Of a DNA stretch of 64,000 nt, positions 41,301-53,379 are shown piece after piece. The notes under the pieces were generated by a model. It did not search any database. It had not been told where the DNA came from and was given only the letters and a program-made list of their open reading frames with translations. Source of the DNA: Eledone cirrhosa (Eukaryota); the NCBI GenBank assembly GCA_964016885.1, contig OZ024741.1:149358001-149422000 (forward strand), read 5' to 3'. The position numbers and the translations under genes were made by a program. How positions within the stretch are numbered: position 1 is the first letter of the stretch; each line of letters starts with the position of its first letter.

Positions 41301-44300
41301 GTGTGGGGGAGGGTCTATGATGTTAGTGTGTGTAACAGTTTGTGTGGGGGAGGAGGTCTATGATGTTAGTGTGTGTAACAGTTTGTGTGGGGGTGGGTCT
41401 ATGATGTTAGTGTGTGTAACAGTTTGTGTGGGGGTGGATCTATGATATTAGTTGTGTAACAGTTTGTGTGGGGGTGGGTCTATGATGTTAGTTTGTGTAA
41501 CAGTTTGTGTGGGTGGGTCTATGATGTTAGTTTGTGTAACAGTTTGTGTGGGGGAGGGTCTATGATGTTAGTTTGTGTAACAGTTTGTGTGGGTGGGTCT
41601 ATGATGTTAGTTTGTGTAACAGGTTGTGAGGGGGAGGAGGTCTATGATGTTAGTTTGTGTAACAGTTTGTGTGGGTGTGGGTCTATGATGTTAGTTTGTT
41701 TAACAGTTTGTGAGAGGGTGGAGGTCTATGATGTTAGTGAGTGTAACAGGTTGTGTGGGGGTGGGTCTATGATGTTAGTTTGTGTAACAGTTTGTGTGGG
41801 GGTGGGTCTATGATGTTACTTTGTGTAACAGTTTGTGAGGGGGTGGAGGTCTATGATGTTAGTTTGTGTAACAGTTTGTGTGGGGGTGGGTCTATGATGT
41901 TAGTTTGTGTAACAGTTTGTGTGGGGGTGGGTCTATGATGTTAGTTTGTGTAACAGATTGTGAAGGGGAGGAGGTCTATGATGTTAGTTTGTGTAACAGT
42001 TTGTGTGGGGGTGGGTCTATGATGTTAGTTTGTGTAAGAGTTTGTGTGGGGGTGGGTCTATGATGTTAGTTTGTGTAACAGTTTGTGAAGGGGAGGAGGT
42101 CTATGATGTTAGTTTGTGTAACAGTTTGTGTGGGGGTGGGTCTATGATGTTAGTTTGTGTAACAGTTTGTGTGGGGGTGGGTCTATGATGTTAGTTTGTG
42201 TAACAGTTTGTGTGGGGGTGGGTCTATGATGTTAGTGTGTGTAACAGTTTGTGAAGGGGAGGAGGTCTATGATGTTAGTGTGTGTAACAGTTTGTGTGGG
42301 GTGGGTCTATGATGTTAGTGTGTGTAACAGTTTGTGTGGGGTGGGTCTATGATGTTAGTGTATGAAACAGTTTGTGTGGGTGGGTCTATGATGTTAGTTT
42401 GTGTAACAGGTTGTGAGGGGGAGGAGGTCTATGAGGTTAGTTTGTGTAACAGTTTGTGTGGGGGTGGGTCTATGATGTTAGTGTGTGTAACAGGTTGTGA
42501 GAGGGGAGGAGGTCTATGATGTTAGTGTGTGTAACAGTTTGTGAGGGGTTGGGTCTATGATGTTAGTTTGTGTAAGTTTGTGTGGGGGTGGGTCTATGAT
42601 GTTAGTGTGTGTAACAGGTTGTGAGAGGGGAGGAGGTCTATGATGTTAGTGTGTGTAACAGTTTGTGAAGGGGAGGAGGTCTATGATGTTAGTGTGTGTA
42701 ACAGCTTGTGTGGGGGAGGGTCTATGATGTTACTTTGTGTAACAGTTTGTGTGGGTGGGTCTATGATGTTAGTGTGTGTAACAGTTTGTGAGGGGGAGGA
42801 GGTCTATGATGTTAGTGTGTGTAACAGTTTGTGAGGGGGAGGAAGTCTATGATATTAGTGTGTATAACAGTTTGTGTGGGGGGGGTCTATGATATTAGTG
42901 TGTGTAACAGTTTGTGTGGGGGAGGAGGTCTATGATGTTAGTTTGTGTAACAGTTTGTGAGGGGGAGGAGGTCTATGATGTTAGTGTGTGTAACAGTTTG
43001 TGAGGGGGAGGAGGTCTATGATGTTAGTGTGTGTAACAGTTTGTGAGGGGGAGGAGGTCTATGATGTTAGTGTGTGTAACAGTTTGTGTGGGTGGGTCTT
43101 TGATGTTAGTGTGTGTAACAGTTTGTGTGGGTGGGTCTATGATGTTAGTGTGTGTAACAGTTTGTGTGGGTGGGTCTATGATGTTAGTGTGTGTAACAGT
43201 TTGTGTGGGGGAGGAGGTCTATGATGTTAGTGTGTGTAACTGTTTGTGTGGGGTGGGTCTATGATGTTAGTTTGTGTAACAGTTTGTGTGGGGTGGGTCT
43301 ATGATGTTAGCGTGTGTAACAGTTTGTGTGGGTTGGCTCTATGATGTTAGTGTGTGTATCAGTTTGTGTGGGGTGGGTCTATGATGTTAGTTTGTGTAAC
43401 AGTTTGTGTGGGGTGGGTCTATGATGTTAGTGTGTGTAACAGTTTGTGTGGGGTGGGTCTATGATGTTAGTGTGTGTAACAGTTTGTGTGGGGGTGGGTC
43501 TATGGTGTTAGTGTGTGTAACAGTTTGTGTGGGTTGGCTCTATGATGTTAGTGTGTGTATCAGTTTGTGTGGGGTGGGTCTATGATGTTAGTTTGTGTAA
43601 CAGTTTGTGTGGGGTGGGTCTATGATGTTAGTGTGTGTAACAGTTTGTGTGGCGGTGGGTCTATGATTTTAGTGTGTGTAACAGTGTGTGGGTGGGTCTA
43701 AGATGTTAGTGTGTGTAACAGTTTGTGTGGGTGGGTCTATGATGTTAGTTTGTGTAACAGTTTGTGTGGGGGTGGGTCTATGATGTTAGTTTGTGTAACA
43801 GTTTGTGTGGGTGGGTCTATGATGTTAGTTTGTGTAACAGGTTGTGTGGGGTGGGTCTATGATGTTAGTTTGTGTAACAGTTTGTGTGGGGGAGGGTCTA
43901 TGATGTTAGTGTGTGTAACAGTTTGTGTGGGGGAGGAGGTCTATGATGTTAGTGTGTGTAACAGTTTGTGTGGGGGTGGGTCTATGATGTTAGTGTGTGT
44001 AACAGTTTGTGTGGGGGTGGATCTATGATATTAGTTGTGTAACAGTTTGTGTGGGGGTGGGTCTATGATGTTAGTTTGTGTAACAGTTTGTGTGGGTGGG
44101 TCTATGATGTTAGTTTGTGTAACAGTTTGTGTGGGGGAGGGTCTATGATGTTAGTTTGTGTAACAGTTTGTGTGGGTGGGTCTATGATGTTAGTTTGTGT
44201 AACAGGTTGTGAGGGGGAGGAGGTCTATGATGTTAGTTTGTGTAACAGTTTGTGTGGGGGTGGGTCTATGATGTTAGTTTGTTTAACAGTTTGTGAGAGG

Positions 44301-47092
44301 GTGGAGGTCTATGATGTTAGTGAGTGTAACAGGTTGTGTGGGGGTGGGTCTATGATGTTAGTTTGTGTAACAGTTTGTGTGGGGGTGGGTCTATGATGTT
44401 ACTTTGTGTAACAGTTTGTGAGGGGGTGGAGGTCTATGATGTTAGTTTGTGTAACAGTTTGTGTGGGGGTGGGTCTATGATGTTAGTTTGTGTAACAGTT
44501 TGTGTGGGGGTGGGTCTATGATGTTAGTTTGTGTAACAGATTGTGAAGGGGAGGAGGTCTATGATGTTAGTTTGTGTAACAGTTTGTGTGGGGGTGGGTC
44601 TATGATGTTAGTTTGTGTAAGAGTTTGTGTGGGGGTAGGTCTATGATGTTAGTTTGTGTAACAGTTTGTGAAGGGGAGGAGGTCTATGATGTTAGTTTGT
44701 GTAACAGTTTGTGTGGGGGTGGGTCTATGATGTTAGTTTGTGTAACAGTTTGTGTGGGGGTGGGTCTATGATGTTAGTTTGTGTAACAGTTTGTGTGGGG
44801 GTGGGTCTATGATGTTAGTGTGTGTAACAGTTTGTGAAGGGGAGGAGGTCTATGATGTTAGTGTGTGTAACAGTTTGTGTGGGGTGGGTCTATGATGTTA
44901 GTGTGTGTAACAGTTTGTGTGGGGTGGGTCTATGATGTTAGTGTATGAAACAGTTTGTGTGGGTGGGTCTATGATGTTAGTTTGTGTAACAGGTTGTGAG
45001 GGGGAGGAGGTCTATGAGGTTAGTTTGTGTAACAGTTTGTGTGGGGGTGGGTCTATGATGTTAGTTTGTGTAAGTTTGTGTGGGGGTGGGTCTATGATGT
45101 TAGTGTGTGTAACAGGTTGTGAGAGGGGAGGAGGTCTATGATGTTAGTGTGTGTAACAGTTTGTGAGGGGTTGGGTCTATGATGTTAGTTTGTGTAAGTT
45201 TGTGTGGGTGTGGGTCTATGATGTTAGTGTGTGTAACAGGTTGTGAGAGGGGAGGAGGTCTATGATGTTAGTGTGTGTAACAGTTTGTGAAGGGGAGGAG
45301 GTCTATGATGTTAGTGTGTGTAACAGCTTGTGTGGGGGAGGGTCTATGATGTTACTTTGTGTAACAGTTTGTGTGGGTGGGTCTATGATGTTAGTGTGTG
45401 TAACAGTTTGTGAGGGGGAGGAGGTCTATGATGTTAGTGTGTGTAACAGTTTGTGAGGGGGAGGAAGTCTATGATATTAGTGTGTATAACAGTTTGTGAG
45501 GGGGGGGTCTATGATATTAGTGTGTGTAACAGTTTGTGTGGGGGAGGAGGTCTATGATGTTAGTTTGTGTAACAGTTTGTGAGGGGGAGGAGGTCTATGA
45601 TGTTAGTGTGTGTAACAGTTTGTGAGGGGGAGGAGGTCTATGATGTTAGTGTGTGTAACAGTTTGTGAGGGGGAGGAGGTCTATGATGTTAGTGTGTGTA
45701 ACAGTTTGTGTGGGTGGGTCTTTGATGTTAGTGTGTGTAACAGTTTGTGTGGGTGGGTCTATGATGTTAGTGTGTGTAACAGTTTGTGTGGGGGGGTCTA
45801 TGATGTTAGTGTGTGTAACAGTTTGTGTGGGGGAGGAGGTCTATGATGTTAGTGTGTGTAACTGTTTGTGTGGGGTGGGTCTATGATGTTAGTTTGTGTA
45901 ACAGTTTGTGTGGGGTGGGTCTATGATGTTAGTGTGTGTAACAGTTTGTGTGGGTTGGCTCTATGATGTTAGTGTGTGTATCAGTTTGTGTGGGGTGGGT
46001 CTATGATGTTAGTTTGTGTAACAGTTTGTGTGGGGTGGGTCTATGATGTTAGTGTGTGTAACAGTTTGTGTGGGGTGGGTCTATGATGTTAGTGTGTGTA
46101 ACAGTTTGTGTGGGGGTGGGTCTATGGTGTTAGTGTGTGTAACAGTTTGTGTGGGGTGGGTCTGTGATGTTACTTTGTGTAACAGTTTGTGTGGGGTGGG
46201 TCTATGATGTTAATGTGTGTAACAGTTTGTGTGGAGTGGGTCTATGATGTTAGTTTGTGTAAGTTTGTGTGGGGTGGGTCTATGATGTTAGTGTGTGTAA
46301 CAGTTTGTGTGGGGTGGGTCTATGATGTTAGTGTGTGTAACAGTTTGTGTGGGGTGGGTCTATGATGTTAGTTTGTGTAACAGTTTGTGTGGGTTGGGTC
46401 TATGATGTTAGTTTGTGTAACAGTTTGTGTGGGGTGGGTCTATGATGTTAGTTTGTGTAACAGTTTGTGTGGGGTGGGTCTATGATGTTAGTTTGTGTAA
46501 CAGTTTGTGTGGGGGAGGAGGTCTATGATGTTACTTTGTGCAACAGTTTGTGTGGGGGTGGGTCTATGATGTTAGTTTGTGTAACAGTTTGTGTGGGCTG
46601 GGTCTATGATGTTAGTGTGTGTAACAGGTTGTGAGGGGAGGAGGTCTATGATGTTAGTTTGTGTAACAGTTTGTGTGGGGGAGGAGGTCTATGATGTTAC
46701 TTTGTGCAACAGTTTGTGTGGGGGTGGGTCTATGATGTTAGTGTGTGTAACAGTTTGTGAGGGGGTGGGTCTATGATGCTAGTGTGTGTAAATTTTGTGT
46801 GGGGGAGGAGGTCTATGATGTTAGTGTGTGTAACAGTTTGTGTGGGGGAGGAGGTCTATGATGTTAGTTTGTGTAACAGTTTGTGTGGGGGAGGAGGTCT
46901 ATGATGTTAGTTTGTGTAACAGTTTGTGTGGGGGAGGAGGTCTATGATGTTAGTGTGTGTAACAGTTTGTGTGGGGGAGAAGTTCTACGATGTTAGTTTG
47001 TGTAACAGTTTGTGAGGGGAGAAAGTCTATGATGTGTGTTAGTTTGTGTAACAGCTTGTGAGGGGGAGGAGGTCTATAATGTTAGTGTGTGA
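14395..47092 (+). repeat. ~32.7-kb minisatellite, ~39-43 bp unit GGTCTATGATGTTAGT(G/T)TGTGTAACAGTTTGTG(T/A)GGGG(G)TG, roughly 800 copies
   Basis: Directly visible; degenerate units at both edges; variants recur in higher-order blocks. Confidence 0.99.
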
Positions 47093-47734
47093 AATCTTAC
47101 GGGTTCTTAAAGATTACTGTGTGTATCAATATCCCATAGATATGAACAATACCCCATTGTCATCAATGTAGCCTCTAATCTGTGTACATGTGCATGTGTA
47201 TGCATGTTTTGCCACTAGTGCACAAAAGAAATTAATGTATTTGCAATTCTATAAAATGGTAGTGCTGGTGCCATGATAAAATTCATCCAGTACACTCTCT
47301 TATGTCGTAGAGCTGGTGCTACAATAAAATACACCCAGTACACTGTGTAAAGTGGTAGTGCTGGTGCCATACTAAAATGCACCCACTATACTAATAAATA
47401 GTTGTGCTGGTACCATTATAAAATGTACTCAGTATACTCTATAAAGTGTTCGGTATTAGGAAGGGCATCCATTCATAGAAACTATGCTAAAATATGATAT
47501 GTATGAGAAAAACGTGGTTCTCCAACCCATCTAGCCTTGGACCATGACATCCTGTCTGACCCATGCCAGCATGGAAAGAAGTCATAAAGTGAGGACGGTA
47601 ATGATAATGATAACAAATTGTAAGTTACAACTGGATGAGGAAAGAAGTATGATTCAGTTGGTCCTCTTTCATAGACTATTCCTTGCTTTGCAGCACATCA
47701 GGCATCTTTGGAAGGTTTCAATGGCAGACAACTT

Positions 47735-47960
47735 ATATTCATTATCAATGACAGAAGGGTGGTGTCGAACAAAATGCTTTGCAGTATATAGTTACGCCCT
47801 TTTACATTCTGAATTCAAATCCCGGTGAGGTTAGCTTTGCCTTTCGTCCTTACAGGGTCAATAATATAAAGTACAAGTAATAACGTACTGTGGTCAATTT
47901 AATCAACTTTCCTCTCCCCAAAAATTGTTGGCTTTATGCCTAAATCAGAAACCATTAACA
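47735..47960 (+). mobile_element. Older, diverged SINE related to family 1
   Basis: ttctgaattcaaatccc...gaggttagctttgcctttc core shared with 54898-55085. Confidence 0.65.
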
Positions 47961-48329
47961 GTGACAGAATAAGGAAGTGGATGGAGTTGCACAGAATTTA
48001 AATGGTCAAAATTAATGTTTTGGCTACCATATTTATTACACAAGAGCCCCAATTAAATTTTCAGCCAAGGGCATCATGCAAGTTTAATCTGCCTCGCTTA
48101 TTATACACACATTTTTTTTTAACAACTATACTTGTTATACATTCAGTGCATACATAATTCTCAAACAAATATTGCAAAGCATTCTATCCGACATTCTAAT
48201 ACCTCTGCAGATTCACCACCTTTTTAATAATATATTTCTAATAACTTAATTGCACTACTTATGGTCTTCAAACAGTTTTTTTAATAATTAAGAACTTGGA
48301 AGAATTTGGTAATAACTTTCTCATTATTA

Positions 48330-48605
48330 GTTTGGTGTTTGAAACATACCTTTATACAGGAACAAACTACCTGCATCAATTGTTAGCTGTCAAGACACTG
48401 CATCCTTTAAAACCTCCATGCTTCCTGAGATTCGCCAACACTGCACCTGATGTCCCTCCTCCATACACATGCACACATGTATTTCACGACTTGTACACTG
48501 TTCATTTTCTTGACATTTAAACATTATTCTATGTACTATACATGCACCTTTGATGAGTTGTAGTGCACCTGAGCACTGTACACAATAATTTCATTATCAT
48601 TATCA
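48330..48605 (+). mobile_element. LINE (CR1/L2-like) 3' end fragment
   Basis: LPASIVSCQDTASFKTSML C-terminal pattern, then a 3' UTR ending in a (CATTAT)n tail. Confidence 0.45.
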
Positions 48606-48906
48606 TTAAAAGCATTATCATTATCTTAACAAACGTTCTTACATAAAATTATGATGGAGAGTTTTTAGATAAATATAAACACTTTAAAACAAGCAGTTTT
48701 GTATCATAGAACCAGAGGTGGTTTCAGGAGGCTTGGTATGAAAAAGATTAAACAAAAGCTATAGATTAAAAAATAAAAAAGAAAGACATTTTCTATATTA
48801 AAATTTTTCATTTTATTTTCAAATTTTCCTCAACTCTTTTTGTTATTGTTTTTTTTTATTGTTATTTTTTGTGTATGTAGTTATTTTGTTTGAAATCAAA
48901 AAAACT

Positions 48907-49109
48907 TTAACATCCGGGTACATTGGAAGAAAAGTCACAAGATTTCAAACTAGTACTAAATGATGTTCCAGGTGGACATGGAAGAATCTGTTTACTTCCA
49001 CCAGCAAGGCATTGCAAGTAACTCTTGCAGTTTCCTGAAATTGCATAAAAACCAGGTTCTTTGCCATTACAGCCACTACTTGATCCTCCTCCTCCTATTG
49101 ATCCTTCTC
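48907..49109 (-). CDS. Chitinase gene B terminal exon, CBM14 (peritrophin-A/ChtBD2) chitin-binding domain
   Basis: GEGSIGGGGSSSG-C-NGKEPGFYAISGN-C-KSYLQ-C-LAGGSKQILP-C-PPGTSFSTSLKS-C-DFSSNVPG-C-stop: six-Cys CBM14 spacing; tttag acceptor; AATAAA on the minus strand near 48812-48817. Confidence 0.93.
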
Positions 49110-49240
49110 CTAAATTGGAAAAGTGAGAATACATATATAGATAGATAGATAAATAGATATGTATGTATAAATATATATATATATGCAAGCAGGGAAAAGC
49201 GGACGTAAGATGATGATGATGATGATGATGATATATATAT

Positions 49241-50892
49241 GATGAAAAGTTATGTATCTCCCTGGAGTACTTTAGCCAGTATCTCAAAGAACTCCATTAT
49301 CCTGTCAGATGAAATGACTTGGGCTCTGGTGTTGGTGTACTGCAGTGATATGAGGTCCACTATCTTCTTGGGATTTCATAAGCCTGTAAGATCATCATCA
49401 GGCAGTCTCAGTCCACAGAATGAAAGGCCTTCCTGAAGTTAATGAAAACCTTGATAGCAGGAAGGCACTTTGCTGTAGTTCCTTCTAAACTTTTTCTGAG
49501 CATCAGGATATGACTTGTAGTTGATCTTCCCTCTCTGAAGCCATTCTGGTTGTCCCTGAGTTTCTTCTCCATCTCGAGCTGGATCCTGTTAAGAATCATC
49601 CTGTTAAGGATCTTTGTCACAAGGGATGTCAGTGAGATCCCCCTGTAGTTGTTGGTATTAGAGAGATCTCTCTTCTTTGGTACTGGAACGATGTTACTGA
49701 TCCTCCATTGATCCAGAGCAACTCCTTTCACCAGTGCTTGGTTACAGAACTCCAAGATGATATCATCAAATTCACACCTCTTCATCTTCTCCTTGAGCCT
49801 TGCCCTCCTTGATCTTTTCCTTGGCTCTCTGAAGCTTCTCTCTGGTAAAGGATCTAGTCTCAATATCCAGGTCCTCAAACAGCTGTCTGATCTCCCCGGT
49901 GTTCTGGGCTGTGGAAGGTGGCTCTCCAAGTAGAGTCTGAAAATGATCCAGCCACTTCCTCTTCTTATCCTCAGGCCCTGTTCCCTAGATCTGACTCAAA
50001 CTACCTCTCTTCCTCCCTTTTCATCTTTGCAGTGCACTATTGTATGTGCCTTGCACTGGAGAAACACCAGGACTCAGGCTTTATTGTAGCACTGGCACAA
50101 AGCAGGAGAGTTAAGGCTAAAAAGATATCAGATGCTGAATTTGATGATGACATAGTTCTGGTGACAAACACAGTGAAGGAAGCAGAGGAGTTGATACCAG
50201 AGGCGGAGACTGTGTCGATGAGTGTGGGGATGAGAATGAATGAGAGTAAGATGAAATATCTGGTAGAGAACATTAAGGAGCCAAAGAAGATTATGAATAT
50301 GTGCAGGAAGCCACTAGAGCTGGTTGAGGACTTCCTGTGTCTGGGAAGAAAGATTGGGAACACAGAACCTGATGTAGTGGAGAGGAAGAGCAAAGCCTGG
50401 ACAGCGTGTCACAGTTTGAGGTCAGTGTGGAAGTCGAACCATAGTAAAGTTCTGAAGATTCGTCTCTTCATCACTACAGTGAAGTCTGTGCTGCTGCACA
50501 GGTCTGAAACTTGGACACTGACCAAGAGACTCACTCAGATGGTGGATCAGTGCTACACAAGAATGCTGAGGATGGCTCTGAACATTAATCAATATGCACT
50601 GAGGATAAAGAACTCAGAGCTGTACAGGTGTTTCCCAAAATTCAACTCGAAAGTGACACAAAGGAGACAGAGATAAGCTGGACATGCTTACTGACATTCA
50701 GAGTTGACACTGCACTCAGTGGTCCTGAGGTAGCCCCTCCACGGATACACTAGAAGAGGGAGACTGAGGATGACATATGTTGATGCCCTAAGGACAGACA
50801 CTGGACTCAGGGAAATACGAGACATAGTGGTCATGATGAAGGACAGAGACACTGGAGAGAATTTGTCCATGGATCTTGGGAATTTTACCGCC
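49241..50892 (+). mobile_element. RTE-like LINE with inverted 5' segment (49241-~50010 on minus, body ~50010-50892 on plus)
   Basis: Minus: NYRGISL, QNGFREGRST, F.KAF.SV, LQGDT; plus: LFI...EFDDDIVL, LL..SETW, YTRMLR; flanked by (TA)n. Confidence 0.9.
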
Positions 50893-50902
50893 CTATATAT
50901 AT

Positions 50903-51243
50903 AGGGCACATGGCTTAGTGGTTAGAGCATTGGCCTTGCAATCGAAAGGTTGTGAGTTCATTTCTCAGACCGAGTGATGTGTTGTTTCCTTGAGCAAGAC
51001 ACTTTATTTCACATTGCTCCAGTTTACTCAGCTGTAGAAATGAGATGATAGAGACTGGGGTCCCTATCATTCCACTGCAAAGTGGTCGTGTAGGCGCCAC
51101 GGCAGGGGGGCACCCAGCACTCACTGTAAATGAGGTTGGCATTAGGAAGGGCATCCAGCTGTAGAAATCAAGCCAGAATCAGTTCCCGTCCCACCCTTGC
51201 AAGCATGGAAAAGCGGGCGTAAAATGAAATGATGATGAAATGA
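50903..51243 (+). mobile_element. tRNA-derived SINE (family 2) with RTE-type 3' tail
   Basis: Head GGCACATGGCTTAGTGGTTAGAGCATTGG...GAGTTCA; tail GCATGGAAAAGCGG..GTAAAATGATGATG; second copy at 58880-59268. Confidence 0.88.
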
Positions 51244-51259
51244 TATATATACTATTAGT

Positions 51260-52756
51260 ACAGATTAAAGGTTAAGCAAAGAATCTTTGCTTTCACCCTA
51301 TTCAGGATCTTCTGAAACTGAGAAAAATCAATCTGTAGATGCAGAAGTAAATATTTAAAAAACCGTTATGACCAAATATTGCTTTTAGAAAACAGGAAGA
51401 CATAATGGCGATACGTGAAGACATTCTCTTGTGATGGGCAAAATATATGCAAGGATAATTACGTTATTATGTGAAGCAAGAAGAACAATTTCTTGCTATG
51501 AAAAAAAACATATTTTTGCTATGGAAAACTCAGGAGTATACATGCATATAATATACACACACATGTGCATATATGTATATTCACATGCATATATATTCAA
51601 TATACACATACACATACATATGCATACACTTACTTAATAGGCTTGATAGGCATTTCCTGGCTAGAGGGCTGTAGTCCCTATTCCTACAATTACAACTAGA
51701 ACTAACTTCTGGATTGTTTATATTACTATGCCTAGGTAATTTTGCTAAATTAAATGCGATGATGTTGTGTGCGAGGTTGGGAGTTACGGAATAGGATATT
51801 TTAACTGTTTCTATTTAAAATTTTGTGATATTTATGTGCAAAGGTGAAATGCTTCCTAATTAAAGTAAGAAAATGTTTAACTATTGGTGTAACCACTTCC
51901 ATATTATATGGTGGGTTATACCTTATAATGCATCTGGATCTATTTTTCCTAGGTTTTTGCTCATACTTAGTGTCATCTAGAAATCCGCTCCGAGTTAGAG
52001 TTTCATTGTAATATGTGGAGTGATTGGGGTAGGTATGCTCATTAGCTGATAAATGAGAAAGCCTCAGTGAGATGTTTTTGACCAGATTTTTGGTTTCACT
52101 GACAGGATGGTTAGAATGCTTACTAATGTAATTCAACATATCATTAGACTTTCTATACAGGTAGTGCAGGCCATTCAACATATTGAGTGTCGCATCTAGG
52201 AAATTTATGACAGATAGGTTGGCCTCAACTTGAATGGAAAGGTTGAAGCTGTTAAAGAAAACCATAAGCCCTTTTCTAAACCTATCAATAGCATGGGTCC
52301 ACACTTAGTCATAGTCAAAAGACCATCATCATGGTACAGACCACCGCCTATGTTGGGGAATTCATCCTTGATGGAAAAGAGTAAAAATAGACCTATAAGG
52401 TCTGTGACCTCTGCTGAATTGCTGGCACCCATGCTTACTTAAATGTTTTCAGCCAAATAGAGTTGTCGAAATTAATCACAGACTTTTGAGCATTTAAGAT
52501 GACATCAACTTCGAAATCCTTAACCCCCATGAGCATTTTGGCAAAATTAATAGCTCTAAGAAAGAGTGGTAAGGTAATGGAAGAATAGTATCTGTTGATG
52601 TCTGATTTAGATAGACTTAGTAAAAGAATTTTAGATAGGATTATACCCAAAATTAGAAATATGGACCCTCTAGGCTTGTGGAATAATTCTTCCGTAGTGA
52701 CTGATTGGTTCAATAGCATATGTAACAAGGAACATTGCCATTTTATCCAATTTGAC
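51260..52756 (-). mobile_element. Penelope-like element remnant (RT, CNCR linker, degenerate 3' end) with inverted 5' piece 52601-52756
   Basis: DI..YYSSIT, MGAS.SAEV..LIGL, GLYHDDGL, NFLD.TLN, SNHP, YNPPY...KHF...HK..NRN, CNCR...PL..KCL. Confidence 0.88.
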
Positions 52757-53186
52757 AAACACTAGGGAAGCTGTCATGTCTTTGACATAACTGAAGAGTT
52801 TTACCTACCTTTTGTTTGCCAGATTTACTACAACCCCTTTACAAAATGTACTGGGTGATCATTTATTGTGTAAATTACCAACACTAAAGAGGTTGTCATG
52901 TCTATGACGCAGCAGAAGAGCCCTCTCAACCCTTTAGACAGCTTTATATGGCTGGATGCCCTTCCTATCACAAACCTCTTTACAGAATGTACTGGGCATG
53001 TTTATTGTATAGACCACCAATACTAGGGAAGTTGTCGTGTCTATGGCACAACTGAAGAGTCCTCTTGTAGCTTTGTTGGGCAAATATTCTATGGCTGGAT
53101 GCCATTCCTATCAACAACTTTATTGAAATAAATAATATAGAAGAGTGTCTTTAATAAAAGAGCTGTGAGTTCCAAGCTTTACTTAC

Positions 53187-53243
53187 CATTTCCTGGTTTC
53201 TGTGTCTGAGTTGAAGAGGGTGGGGTTGCTGCATCTACCTCAC
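53187..53243 (-). CDS. Chitinase gene B Ser/Thr/Pro linker exon ((G)EVDAATPPSSTQTQKPGN)
   Basis: ttttttaatttcag acceptor, gtaagt donor, 57 nt phase 1/1, S/T/P-rich like chitinase hinges. Confidence 0.8.
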
Positions 53244-53379
53244 CTGAAATTAAAAAATGTATTCTTACTGCCATCAGTAATTTGCAAGGAAACTTTATAT
53301 TTGCCATGTATGATCATTGTGAATTTGGTTCTTTACTTAAAAGGATTGTTTATTCTTATATATATATATATATATATAA

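Noticed and set aside
14473-46776. Dozens of Cys/Val/Gly-rich ORFs (MMLVCVTVCVGG..., VYDVSLCNSLC...) suggesting a repetitive structural protein
   Set aside because: They are translations of the minisatellite; unit lengths of 39-43 nt constantly shift frame, stops are frequent, and there is no codon-level constraint
14395-47092. CRISPR-like array (constant palindromic repeat plus variable part)
   Set aside because: The variable part is only a short G-run, not unique spacers; no cas genes; eukaryotic context
14395-47092. Telomeric or interstitial telomeric repeat
   Set aside because: G/T-rich but lacks TTAGGG/TTAGG arrays; flanked by ordinary genes on both sides
50903-50975. tRNA gene (also 58880-58950)
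   Set aside because: The tRNA-like head continues into a SINE body and LINE tail; the acceptor stem is not intact
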